A stretch of DNA of 63,964 bases, filler included, from Sanchytrium tribonematis (lineage: Eukaryota): NCBI GenBank assembly GCA_018985235.1. It is 8 parts of 8 records of this genome, joined end to end, with 100 filler letters (N's around TTAATTAATTAA, not from the genome) between each part and the next. Parts side by side here need not be neighbours in the genome. Positions count along the whole stretch, not along the records: positions 1 to 7,994 come from JADGIG010000403.1; positions 8,095 to 16,082 come from JADGIG010000404.1; 6 more parts are not named here. One strand, 5' to 3'. Of the stretch, positions 1 through 10,799 are shown piece after piece (within the stretch, counting starts at the first letter, position 1; the number at the start of each line of letters is the position of its first letter). The translations under genes and the position numbers were made by a program. Under the pieces are notes generated by a model. That model searched no databases. It was not told the origin of the DNA and saw nothing but the letters and a program-made list of their open reading frames with translations.

Positions 1-26
1 TTAAATAAAGGAGATTTTTTGCAAAC

Positions 27-467
27 ATGATTTACAATGAAATGTTAAATGCTAATGGAAATTTACAAATCATTCTGCAAAAATTTTCTCCCATCGAATT
101 CATGATTACTGAGCAAAATGTACATCCAATTTCTGATCTCATTGAAATTAATAGGAAAATTAGATTGTTAGGCAAAAACATTGATATTATCGCAAAAAGT
201 AATATAAAAACCAAATACGAAGAGCTGCAAAAAGTAAGTATCGGAAAATTTTTGGCCGGAAGGCAGAAATCATTTAATTTAATATCTTCTAATTGGATAT
301 GTAAAGAATGCGCACCAAAATTTAATACATATTGTAATCATGTGGCAGAAATGCCAGTATTTTCAAGAGAATACACATTAGAAACTGAAGGCTTTTATGC
401 GTTTATTACCGAATGCTTCATTGAGTTACCAATTAAAGCTGTTGAAGATTGCAAAAATTCGTCATAA
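27..467 (+). CDS. hypothetical protein (possibly the last exon of a gene starting before the window)
   Basis: 146-aa ORF with no recognised motif; its stop overlaps the convergent IPK1 stop region (462-467). Confidence 0.4.
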   Translation: MIYNEMLNANGNLQIILQKFSPIEFMITEQNVHPISDLIEINRKIRLLGKNIDIIAKSNIKTKYEELQKVSIGKFLAGRQKSFNLISSNWICKECAPKFNTYCNHVAEMPVFSREYTLETEGFYAFITECFIELPIKAVEDCKNSS

Positions 468-1439
468 AATATTTTGGCAATACCTTGAGCTGCCTTTTGA
501 AAGTTTTTGCACCGCCTTAAATGCGCTATTATAGTATTCCTCAATTTTTTCCACTGATTTTATATCTAAATCTAGGATATCAACCGAGTAAAAAATGCTG
601 TTTTTTAACTTCCCTTTAATTGTATTTCGGGCCGGCATCTCATCATAAAAGTTAATTATGAGAGACAAATCTCTCATTGTTTTACCCATCAGGTAGGCGT
701 AGATCTTATCCACATCCTCCTCTACGGCTCCCAAGTTTATAATTCTTAAAATGTCCGAAGAGGTCGGTTCGCTAATGTTTGACTTGTTTTCTTGGTATTT
801 TTGATAAATTTGATATATCGGAAAATTGAGTGTGGATTGTACAGCTCGCAATCGAATTAGGATATTCGAATGTATTATAACATTTGCCAAGTTATCGATA
901 AATTCATTTCGGTCACATCCTTGATAGAAGTCCGAGAACCGTTTAACACCCTGTGATGTAATGACTTGAAAATGTTTTTGAGGGTTTTCCAAAAGTAAAA
1001 GCAAACCGTTTTTTACCACATTGAAATCATTTTCATAAAGTCGAAAAGGACAATAATCACCTTTGAAATCTCTTTCTCGACTATATAAACAGAAAAGGCA
1101 GGCATTTGACCCCTTTTCTTTATCAACAACGTCAATGACACCACTTTTAGGCTTAATTTCAATACTGCTTGTGTTTCCAAAAGTTACATCATCTAACAAT
1201 ATTCCATATTGATGAGCTGGAATTGGATCTAGTTTCAAGAGGCTCAAATCAACTATTGTCGCATCATCAAAGACTGTTGCTGTGCCGAGCAGAGAGCCAA
1301 GCAGTTTGGCTATTTCTAATCTCAATTTGATATCCACATCTTTATTCTTAGGAACTCGCAAAACCTTATTGCCTCCATTACTATACACTATGTTGGCATT
1401 GCCAAAAGATTTGACTTTCCAGATTTGATCTGATGACAT
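462..1439 (-). CDS. IPK1: inositol-pentakisphosphate 2-kinase
   Basis: GNANIVY, EIKPK, YCPFRLY, KTMRDLSLII and ILDLDIKS motifs in Ipk1 order; ATG at 1439. Confidence 0.8.
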   Translation of the reverse strand: MSSDQIWKVKSFGNANIVYSNGGNKVLRVPKNKDVDIKLRLEIAKLLGSLLGTATVFDDATIVDLSLLKLDPIPAHQYGILLDDVTFGNTSSIEIKPKSGVIDVVDKEKGSNACLFCLYSRERDFKGDYCPFRLYENDFNVVKNGLLLLLENPQKHFQVITSQGVKRFSDFYQGCDRNEFIDNLANVIIHSNILIRLRAVQSTLNFPIYQIYQKYQENKSNISEPTSSDILRIINLGAVEEDVDKIYAYLMGKTMRDLSLIINFYDEMPARNTIKGKLKNSIFYSVDILDLDIKSVEKIEEYYNSAFKAVQKLSKGSSRYCQNIL

Positions 1440-1639
1440 CGAGGAGATATCAACCAAAATGACTGTTGTCAATTATCTAAACACATGATTGATAGAAAGT
1501 GATGAGTGACGAGTCAAATATCTGCCTTTCGCAAAGGATCAAGTTTGGGGTGGTCACGTACGGTTGTATTGGTATAATGGTGTGATTTATAGTGTGTTTT
1601 GACAATCTGAAACCAATCAAATTGCGGACTTAATTTTGA

Positions 1640-2716
1640 ATGGGGATAAATAGAAACGCTCTCTCAAAAATGTACGACACTATGACTGTAGAACATAAAG
1701 TTTGTATTATTGGAAGTGGCAACTGGGCATCAACAATTGCGATGATTATTGGTGAAAATGTCAAAATTTTTGAACAATTCAACAAAGAGATTAAAATGTG
1801 GGTGTTTGAGGAACTTGTGAATGGAAGAAAGCTGACCGAAATTATCAATGAGACTCATGAAAATCCGAAATACTTGCCAGGATTTAAATTGCCTACTAAC
1901 ATTGTAGCCACCTCGAACATAGAAGATACAGTAAAGGATGCAGACTACATTATTGTCTGTTTGCCTCACCAATTTGTCAAGAAGACATGCGAGCCTATTA
2001 AATCTGTTGTTAAACAATCTGCTATTGGTATTAGTTTAGTGAAAGGTTTTGAGGTGACTGAAACTGGTGCTGAATTAATGACCGATGTGCTAGAAAACTT
2101 GCTTAATATTCCATTTGGTGTTTTATCAGGTGCAAACATTGCGAACGAGGTCGCTGCGGGACAATTTTGTGAGGCGACCGTTGCATTTAAAAATCTTGAC
2201 CGTGGATTAGAATGGAAGAAATTATTCAACACATCATTCTTTCACGTTCGAGTCATCAAAGACATTAAAGGACCACAAGTTTGTGGTGCTTTGAAAAATG
2301 TCGTAGCTATTGCAGCAGGAATAATCGAAGGACTAAAATATGGTGATAACACAAAAGCTGCAATTATGAGAATTGGGTTAGCCGAAATTAAAAGCTATTG
2401 TCACAAATACTATGACGGTGTTGATGACTCTACGTTTTTTGAGAGTTGCGGTATTGCTGACCTCATAACAACGTGCAATGGTGGGAGAAACAGAAAAGCC
2501 GGTATCGCAATGGTTGAAAAACAGATGTCTATAGAACAAATCGAGATGGAATTATTAGGTGGACAGAAGCTTCAGGGAACTCTGACCGCAAGAGAAGTGT
2601 ACCAAGTTTTAAGAAAATCTAATCAATTAGCTCATTTTCCCTTATTCACTACTGTTTACAAAATTTGTTATGAGCAATTATCGCCAAAGAAGCTCGTCAC
2701 TTTGTTTGAAAGCTAA
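1640..2716 (+). CDS. GPD1: NAD-dependent glycerol-3-phosphate dehydrogenase
   Basis: KVCIIGSGNWAS, HENPKYLPG, GALKNVVA, GDNTKAAIMRIGL, DLITTCNGGRN; true start may be ATG 1670 or 1682. Confidence 0.97.
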   Translation: MGINRNALSKMYDTMTVEHKVCIIGSGNWASTIAMIIGENVKIFEQFNKEIKMWVFEELVNGRKLTEIINETHENPKYLPGFKLPTNIVATSNIEDTVKDADYIIVCLPHQFVKKTCEPIKSVVKQSAIGISLVKGFEVTETGAELMTDVLENLLNIPFGVLSGANIANEVAAGQFCEATVAFKNLDRGLEWKKLFNTSFFHVRVIKDIKGPQVCGALKNVVAIAAGIIEGLKYGDNTKAAIMRIGLAEIKSYCHKYYDGVDDSTFFESCGIADLITTCNGGRNRKAGIAMVEKQMSIEQIEMELLGGQKLQGTLTAREVYQVLRKSNQLAHFPLFTTVYKICYEQLSPKKLVTLFES

Positions 2717-2847
2717 TAAATATTGTTGTGGCATCAAGTCAGTAAGTCAGTCTGATCATCTTAATAACCCCTTCGCCATGCTTTTATCAAAATGTGTTTT
2801 TAAGTGGGACAAATTTAATTATGGAGTGAGCTGAAACGATAGATTTG

Positions 2848-5800
2848 ATGCCGAGCAAAAAAGCCAAAGATGTGCATCATGCAGTGGATATAAGCAAAAA
2901 TCCCTATCAAGTAACGACTGAGACTTTGTCAAATTTGATTGATCCTAAAAATCCTGCATTATTAAAGGAATTGGGCGGAGTTGAAGGTTTGATGGCGAAA
3001 TTGAAAGTGGATAAAGCCAAGGGCTTAATTGAAACGGATAATGAAGAAAAGATTGCCGACGATATTGATCACTACGGTCCTTATAATTCATTACTTCATC
3101 ATGAACAGAGACCATTTGATAAGAGAAGGCTATGGTATGGTGAAAATTTTATTCCACCTGTTCCTGGTAAAACATTAATTTCAATTGTCCTAGATGCATT
3201 TTCCGACCGAATGCTGCAAATTTTAATGGTAATCGCTACAATTAGTACAGTTTTGGGTATTTTACAAGCACAAAATGTCATACCTACGGAAAATGCTGGA
3301 TATCATACTGCGCCATGGGCTGAGGGTGTCGCGATATTTATTGCTGTCATTGTCGTAGTTTTAGTTGGTTCTTTGAATGATTTTCAAAAAGAGGTTCAGT
3401 TCAGAAAGCTGAGCGCCAAAAAAGAAGATCGAGAGATTAAGGTTCTTCGTGATGGCATATCAAAAATTATTTCAGCAAAAGATGTTGTAGTAGGTGATGT
3501 CGTCGAATTGGAACCTGGTGACTTGATATTAGTCGACGGAGTTTTTTTAAGTGGATACAATTTGAAATGTGATGAAAGCACAGCAACTGGAGAATCTGAC
3601 TTAATTAAAAAAGGTCACGAACATGATTTGATAATGATAAGTGGCTCGAAAGTGGCCGAGGGTGTTGGAAAATACCTTGTTACTGGTGTAGGAGTAAACT
3701 CATTTCATGGAAAAACTATGATGGCTCTAATTGTGGAAGAAAAACCCACTCCTTTAGAGGAAAAATTGCTAAAACTTACTGAAATTATTGCGAAATTGGG
3801 CGTTGCTGCGGGCATAATTTTATTTTTAGCCTTGCTACTCAAGCTCTTGATTACAGAAGCTGTAGGAAACAAATTTAAAGATCCTGCAGCTGTTGGTATC
3901 GGATTTCTTGGTATATTTACAGAGACTATAACAATTATTGTTGTGGCAGTTCCAGAGGGTCTTCCTTTGGCTGTTACCCTGGCGCTTGTTTATGCTGGTA
4001 AAAGAATGATAAAAGATAATAATTTCGTAAGAATAATTAGTGCTTGTGAGGTTATGGGGCACGCAACTACTATTTGTTCCGATAAAACGGGTACTTTAAC
4101 TCAAAACAAAATGACTGTTGTTAGCGGAACAATTGCGAAATCTACTTCATGGGATGAGCAAAAAGACCAAGAAGCTAGTAAAACTGTGGACCGTAGAATC
4201 TGGGACATTTTGATGGAAAGTATTGCAGTTAATAGTTCTGCTTTTGAAGAAGAAAGTGCAACTGAGAAAGGCAAAAGGGTTTTTGTTGGCAATAAAACTG
4301 AAACCGCATTACTCGGTTGGCAGAAAAAGTATGGAGTCATGTTTAAGGAAATTCGAGACTCGTCAAAAATTGCCACACAGTTCCCATTTTCCAGTGAGCG
4401 AAAGTCCATGTCTACAATCGTTAAAAAAACTAATGAAGATGGATCTATTTTCTATAGATTACACACAAAGGGTGCGAGTGAAATTGTTTATAAGTTTTGT
4501 CAAAATATTGCTTCCGGCGCCAGTACAGAACCAGTATCTCCAGAAGTAACTCAAGATATTACAAAGCTAATTACAAGATACGCTGAACAAGCATTGAGAA
4601 CAATATCCCTTGCTTACCGAGATTTTTCAGAGCAAGAGTATGCTGAACTTAATTTAACTGACGGAGGAGATCCTCCAACTTCTCAAATGACCCTAGTTGC
4701 AATTGTGGGAATCGAAGATCCTTTAAGAGTTGGAGTAAATGAGGCGGTTAAGAAATGTCAAAAAGCAGGTGTAATAGTCAGAATGGTCACAGGTGACAAC
4801 GTTGTTACTGCAAAAGCGATTGCGACAAAATGTGGTATTTACGTTAAGGGTGGAGTTGTTCTTGAAGGGCCCAAATTCAGAAAGTTGAGCGAACAAGAAA
4901 TGGAGAGAATAATTCCAAAACTGCAAGTGTTGGCGAGATCCTCCCCACTTGACAAGCAATTGCTCGTTGAGAAATTAAAAAAAATGGGAGAAGTAGTTGC
5001 CGTGACAGGTGATGGAACTAATGATGGCGCAGCTCTCAAAACGGCTGACGTGGGATTCTCAATGGGTATCTCTGGTACAGAAGTCGCGAAAGAGGCGTCA
5101 TCTATCATCTTGATGGACGACAATTTTTCATCAATTGTAAGAGCGCTAATGTGGGGTAGAACAGTGAATGACGCAGTTAAAAAATTCTTGCAATTTCAAC
5201 TCACAGTTAATGTAACAGCGGTGGTTGTAACTTTCATAACTGGTATTGCTGGAGTAGCTCCGGCATTGGGCGCAATTCAACTTCTGTGGATAAATTTGAT
5301 TATGGATTCCTTTGCAGCACTAGCCTTAGCTACGGAAAATCCTTCTCTGGACGTATTAGATAGGTACCCAGAGTCTAAAACGGCTCCTTTGATAACTTTC
5401 AATATGTGGAAAATGATTATCGCCCAGTCTTTGTATCAAATTGTGATCTCATGTACCGTCAGTTTTGCAGGTCCGCTACTTTTTATTGGTAAGCCTCAAA
5501 GCGAGATCTCCGTCCAAGAGCAATTGGAGATTAATGGCATCGTTTTTAATACTTTTGTGTTTTTACAGCTTTTTAATGAAATTAAGTATATTTTAATTTA
5601 TATAGTTGCAGAAGATTAGACAACAAATTGAACGTATTTTATAACATCCATAAAAACTACTATTTTTGTGGCGTAATGGCATTTACTATTGTTCTACAGA
5701 TAATAATAATGATGGTCGGTGGCCCTATTTTTAAAATCGCACCAATAGATGGTGGTTATTGGGGCTTAAGCATTGGTCTTGGATTTGTTGGTTTATTGAT

Positions 5801-6062
5801 AGGAGTAATCGCAAGACTGATCCCAGATGAAGTATTTTGTTGCAAAAAGCATGAACCTGAAAGAATCGTGATGAATCCTGAAAGGATCAGATGGCAAAGT
5901 GCAATAAGTCAAGTCAGAACAGAATTACGGGTATTTAAAGCATTAAGGGGGTCTAGATTCATGAGCTCTAATTCGTCTTTACAACCTGGTGACGAGCCCA
6001 CTTCCATGGATTCTCCACCAATTGAAATGCAAGAAATGAAAGAGTTACATTTAAAAAAATAA
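2848..6062 (+). CDS. PMC1: P-type IIB Ca2+-ATPase (PMCA/Pmc1 type), two exons 2848-5585 and 5606-6062
   Basis: TGES, PEGLPLAVT, CSDKTGTLT, KGASE, MVTGDN, TGDGTNDG; splicing 5586-5605 restores FNEINCRRLD. Confidence 0.95.
5586..5605 (+). other. 20-nt spliceosomal intron
   Basis: GTATATTTTAATTTATATAG; removal joins ORFs 2845-5619 and 5628-6062 as EIN-CRRLDNKLNVF. Confidence 0.92.
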
Positions 6063-6064
6063 AT

Positions 6065-7769
6065 TTATGACAACATTGGATCTTCTTGTTTTACAGCTTC
6101 TTGGGCAATAGCAGCTTGAAGCCTCATACGTTCTTCTTCGAGCCTCACTTGCTCAAAAAATCTTTGGTATGCTGGCAACTCATTTAGTGGATCAATCTCA
6201 TTATAAAATGGCACTTGGTAAATTTTGTAGTCGATAGTATCCAAGCTCTGATTATTTAATTTTCGTTTCAAGAGTTTAGCAGGTATTTTCATATTACCTA
6301 AGCCCATTGAATCAAATCCGAACATATCCTCATCAAGAAAATTACTTATTAACCCTCCAGCTACAAATCCATCTTCACCAGCAATCAAATCTTCGTCAAC
6401 GATCAAAGAGTCTTTAAGGCCCGCTAAGACTTTCTCTATTTTCTCATTGACGGATATTAATTTTCTAGAGTAAGAGTAATTTTCATACAAATACTGCCAT
6501 AACAAGGAGACGGACTGGCCGTTCTCGTGTAACGATCTTTGGAGTGTGGTAAATGAATCTTTAAATAATAATGAATTTGTAACAAATGACTTGGCCAATT
6601 TCCAAATGTATTGCACAACGATGTCTACTAAAAGATCCACTGCAATCATACTACCTTGCTCAAATCCAACTGACAAAGATATGACGCAAAGGTACTGCCG
6701 TAGGACCTCATATAAATTTCTAAAATCGACTTCTCCGCGGTATAAATCATTTTCATCCAGGTCTACTTCGGCCCTTTGAAAGATCTGCATCTGATTTTCA
6801 TCTTTAAGCATTTCAAGCCTGGTATAATTCATGCGGATTTGATACAAAGATTGTATATTTTTAAAGGAAATCTCAGAAAAGAAATTACTTTATAAATAAA
6901 AATTTACGATTTAAATTCATCCGCTGCTTCTTGTGGTTTTATAGGAATCTGATAAAGCTCTGGGAGCACGTTCATTGTCAAAGGTGGTATAGTAACTGCA
7001 GGTGGTGAAGAAGTTTTGCTTAGAAATGATTTCGATCTACTAGTAATCCACTGCTTCAGTTCGTCGGGCGATAAAGTATCTCGATGCCTGATTTTAACAT
7101 CTGTCACATCGTGAAGCAGGAATGTTGCCTTTTCATTTAAAGATTCTGCGTACGAGCGAAAAATATTTTCGGGATGTTTGTTATACAACAAGCAATTTTC
7201 TACAATGAGTTTGATGTCTGCCGCAAAGTCTTGCTTACTTTTGTAAATTCCATCTTTTAATTGCCTCGTCACCTTTCCTAAATCCATCGGATTTAAAACT
7301 ATTTTAGAATAGTCGGGTGCCTTAGTTAATAAATGAGTACTTCTTTCGCCGTTACTTTTTGTAGAAAGCACTTATGTTTTGGTTCATTTTTCAGTTTGTT
7401 AAGCACTTTATCCAAATCCTCGTACAATTCTTCTTGGCCAATCCAAATGTCACTTGCGTATTTTGATTTGGAGTTTGCTAAAATGCAGGAAAATTCGTCA
7501 ACCTTATCTGGTCCACAATTTTGTGCGATAAATGATAGCAAGTATTTGTAATCATTAGACATTTTTTCCACATAATGGTCGAAAAAGTCTGTCTTTTCTT
7601 CTACAATTGGAAAAGGAACCAAGTCCTGGAGATTTTCTTTGGAATACATGCGAGCTTCTGCTGACATGTCGTCATCGTCTTGATCCATAGAATGGTCTCT
7701 TGAATGCACTTTGTGTCTCATAAAAAGAAAATACTCCGCTTGTGACAAACAATTTTGTTGAATATACAA
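6065..7769 (-). CDS. SPT7: SAGA subunit Spt7 (bromodomain plus histone-fold region), three exons, start uncertain (ATG 7721 possible)
   Basis: IGQEELYEDLDKVL...KVTAKE-APDY...PMDL...NCLLYN matches the Spt7 bromodomain; two 20-nt introns join three ORFs in frame. Confidence 0.85.
6888..6907 (-). other. 20-nt spliceosomal intron
   Basis: GTAAATTTTTATTTATAAAG; joins ORF 6904-7371 in frame to ORF 6065-6847 (EFKSNFFSEISF). Confidence 0.8.
7321..7340 (-). other. 20-nt spliceosomal intron
   Basis: GTACTCATTTATTAACTAAG; restores bromodomain KVTAKE-APDY. Confidence 0.92.
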
Positions 7770-7875
7770 GTCTATGTAGTTTATCTCTTGTAATTCTCCA
7801 CAATCTACTTCAATTACGCACTGCTTACGATCAGATCCAGCTTACAAGTCATATCGCAAAGGGGATAGTGATACA

Positions 7876-7994
7876 ATGCAAACAAGTAAAAGAGTTGCGT
7901 ATTGGATGTTTGGAACATCTGGGCTTGTGGCATCAATTATTGTAGTTGGAGGAGTCACGCGGCTCACAGAATCAGGACTTTCTATAACTCAATG
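7876..7994 (+). CDS. COX15: heme A synthase, 5' fragment cut by the contig end
   Basis: Manual translation MQTSKRVAYWMFGTSGLVASIIVVGGVTRLTESGLSITQ contains the Cox15 GGxTRLTESGLSIT motif; not in the ORF track. Confidence 0.88.
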
Positions 7995-8094
7995 NNNNNN
8001 NNNNNNNNNNNNNNNNNNNNNNNNNNNNNNNNNNNNNNTTAATTAATTAANNNNNNNNNNNNNNNNNNNNNNNNNNNNNNNNNNNNNNNNNNNN
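7995..8094. other. artificial contig linker
   Basis: N44-TTAATTAATTAA-N44 (stop codons in all frames). Confidence 0.98.
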
Positions 8095-8238
8095 AAGGCT
8101 TGGCACGCAAACAAAAAAGTATCCGTTGCTCTCAAGCTAGAATTTGGTTTGCTATCATAAATAGATAAAATCGTTTTTTGTAATTCGTTATAGTTCTGCT
8201 GAGAAGGTGTTTCCATAAACACGGAGGTAAAATTTAAT

Positions 8239-9491
8239 TTACTTTTTCATATTTTTGTCTATCTTTAAAACTTTTTCCATATACGCATTTTGAATGGACG
8301 GATCTCTACCTCTTTGGCCATCCAAGTATGGCCAACACTCAAATTCATCTGGCGGGGGTTTAAATTTTACCGGTTGATCCTCTTCCGGATCACGTTCTTT
8401 AAATGGCGGAAACTTCCGAGTGTAGGTATTATCGTGAGATTTCAACCGTTCGTATACCCATAATTCATATGCTACCTATCATAAATAAAAGCTACCTTCA
8501 CTCTAGGAACCATCATTATTTTCGAAAAACCATTCCTGATAAAATCTAGACAAAGAGACATGCACTCAGACCCTGCACATTCTCCGGGTTGGTTCATTTT
8601 CGGTCTAACATTATTGCCTCTTCTAAATCGAATACCTTTCTGGAAAGCTCCAATATGCATCACTGATATTCCATTCCAAACACAACTCATTTGTACCGGC
8701 AGCATTTTCGATAGTCTTTCATTTGATTCTGTATCATCCGATATCTGATCTAAAAATTCTTTTCTGGCATTTCTTCCACTTGTCAAATGCGCTACCCAAA
8801 CATCGTAAAAGTGTGGAAGTCCATTCGGGGCATCGTAGTCCATTCCTGAAACCATGGATGCATCATTTAAGGCTTGCTGGTATAGTAGTTCTAACACATC
8901 ATTGACACAAAAATACACATCATTTAGAAATATAACTGCATTGTAATTATTTGGATGGTCAAAAAATTTCGCGTTGCTCTCAGCAACCTCCATTTCCTTA
9001 AATAGCGGCTCTAGAGCCAAATTCCGTACGTAGGCCAGGTACTCTATCCTATTCATTGACCTCTTTCTTGAAAGTGGACTAGTGAAGATCTCAAATTGAA
9101 CGTTGAGTGGTTTGATTAGCTCAAAAAATTTTAGTAATATTCCCTTAGTCATATCATTACTTCCTGACTCAAAAATACTTAAAAATAAATTACTCGGCCT
9201 TATTACTGTCATCAGTTCCAATATATTGCCCAGCATTTGGGGCAGTATTTCCTGATTATCATGTAAATTAATTGCTATAAAATATTTTTTGGTTCGTACA
9301 AAGGAGTAACGCTTATCTTGAGATGGAGGTAAGCATGTCTTATGTGGTGAAAATTCTGATCCCATCTTATTAATAATAGAATCTTTCCATTCGGCCGACT
9401 TTGTGGATTTTGTAAAAAATATATTATATTCATGGACTCTATGAAATATCATTAAAAATAAAAAGTATATAACAGCGGGTTTGTTTATCAT
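8239..9491 (-). CDS. Cap59/Cmt1-like alpha-1,3-mannosyltransferase (GT69), two exons
   Basis: YFIAINLHDN, SIFESGSND, RIEYLAYVRNLALEPL, IFLNDVYFC, FYDVWV, SCVWNG, GSECM; intron 8476-8495 restores VPRVK-VAYE. Confidence 0.88.
8476..8495 (-). other. 20-nt spliceosomal intron
   Basis: GTAGCTTTTATTTATGATAG; in-frame join to ORF 8239-8445. Confidence 0.88.
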
Positions 9492-9585
9492 CTAGAAAAG
9501 AGCAGATCTTTATTATATATCACACTTCAGTTTCAAACAAGACCGTCGCAAAAGTAATTGCGGGCTGATGCCATATTTCTTTCCA

Positions 9586-10389
9586 TTACTTAAATCTCCA
9601 TTTTCCCAAAGGATCCAATATTTGTATCATGGTCTTAGAATCTAAAAGCCGCTCTACCATGACTTCCGATATACCACGGAGGCCTCTCAAATGTAAATGT
9701 TTGAGAGAAGGATGGTCAAATAGTTGAGAAACCACATGAGAAAACTGGATATTCAATGAAATGTCAAGCAAGACAAGTGAATCATTGTTTTTTAGATAGT
9801 CAAAAATACCGTCATCTAAATTATAACACTGACTCAAAATAATGGTTTCAAATTTAAGTGTAGGGGTGAATTTGCCACTATAAACATTAGTACGACTCAG
9901 ATTGATGGTTTTTAAAAACTTAAAGTCTTGGAGATTGACACAGTCTAAGTTGATCTGGTTATCAGTTAGGTCAAGTTCTTGAATGTCCTTAAAACAATAT
10001 AACCACTCCTTGGCCACTAAATTTGTTAAATTACAACTGATTAATTTGAGCGAATAGACGTTACTATTTGACATCTTGGGACAATCTGTTACAACAGTCT
10101 TAATAATAGTTAGTGCTCGCAAATGATATTGTGAATCGATCATGCTTGCTATATCTGACACATTCAAATGATTGCAATCTTCAATTGTTATTTCTTTTAA
10201 ACATTGAATTTCATTTATAAATAAATTTAAGCTTGAAATTTTGTAACTTTTAAACTCGATTTTTTGCCATAACAATGGAGATATTAGGGAACGACTGATG
10301 AGTTTACAAGTGCGCCTCATTTTTAAGCGCTCTTTGACATCAAGATACTCCAATATGATAACCCAAATGTCTTCATTTTCAGTTGACAT
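9586..10389 (-). CDS. F-box/leucine-rich-repeat protein
   Basis: N-terminal EDIWVIILEYLDVKERLKMRRTCK (F-box), followed by LxxLxLxxN/C repeats. Confidence 0.8.
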   Translation of the reverse strand: MSTENEDIWVIILEYLDVKERLKMRRTCKLISRSLISPLLWQKIEFKSYKISSLNLFINEIQCLKEITIEDCNHLNVSDIASMIDSQYHLRALTIIKTVVTDCPKMSNSNVYSLKLISCNLTNLVAKEWLYCFKDIQELDLTDNQINLDCVNLQDFKFLKTINLSRTNVYSGKFTPTLKFETIILSQCYNLDDGIFDYLKNNDSLVLLDISLNIQFSHVVSQLFDHPSLKHLHLRGLRGISEVMVERLLDSKTMIQILDPLGKWRFK

Positions 10390-10418
10390 CCCCTTTGTTC
10401 AGCTGAAAATAATATATT

Positions 10419-10799
10419 TTATTTCTTTTGAAGTGGACCATAATAGCGAAACCTACAAGCAATGGCACTTTTCCCAATTGCTTTCCCCAGTGGTACCCAA
10501 TCTTCAGTTACTACAGGCCTTCTTTCCATCCCAAATTTTATAATCAAATCATCTTCTTCCTCCGTGAATTGTGGGATATTTGTAAATTGTACAATTTTAA
10601 GATCGTTGGTACTGTAGCTAAACTTCCAATTAAGTGTGTCGACAGTCGCAGTTTCTTCTGGGTAATTGAAATGCGAAACTTTTTCTGCCTTCTTTGCATT
10701 CAAATCTAGACCTGGAATCATTTTAATGGAAGATTGTTTCTTAAATTTTCTCCTGATAAATGACTTTGCCGCCTCAAGGTTTTCTTGGATTGTTTTCAT
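10419..10799 (-). CDS. small Myb/SANT-domain protein
   Basis: FTEEEDDLIIKFG...WVPLGKAIGKSAIACRFRY; start ATG 10799 or 10721. Confidence 0.7.
   Translation of the reverse strand: MKTIQENLEAAKSFIRRKFKKQSSIKMIPGLDLNAKKAEKVSHFNYPEETATVDTLNWKFSYSTNDLKIVQFTNIPQFTEEEDDLIIKFGMERRPVVTEDWVPLGKAIGKSAIACRFRYYGPLQKK

Noticed and set aside
8039..8050. TTAATTAATTAA palindrome recurring every ~8 kb, and ORFs ending in X..LIN
   Set aside because: Artificial linker inside the N runs, not biological
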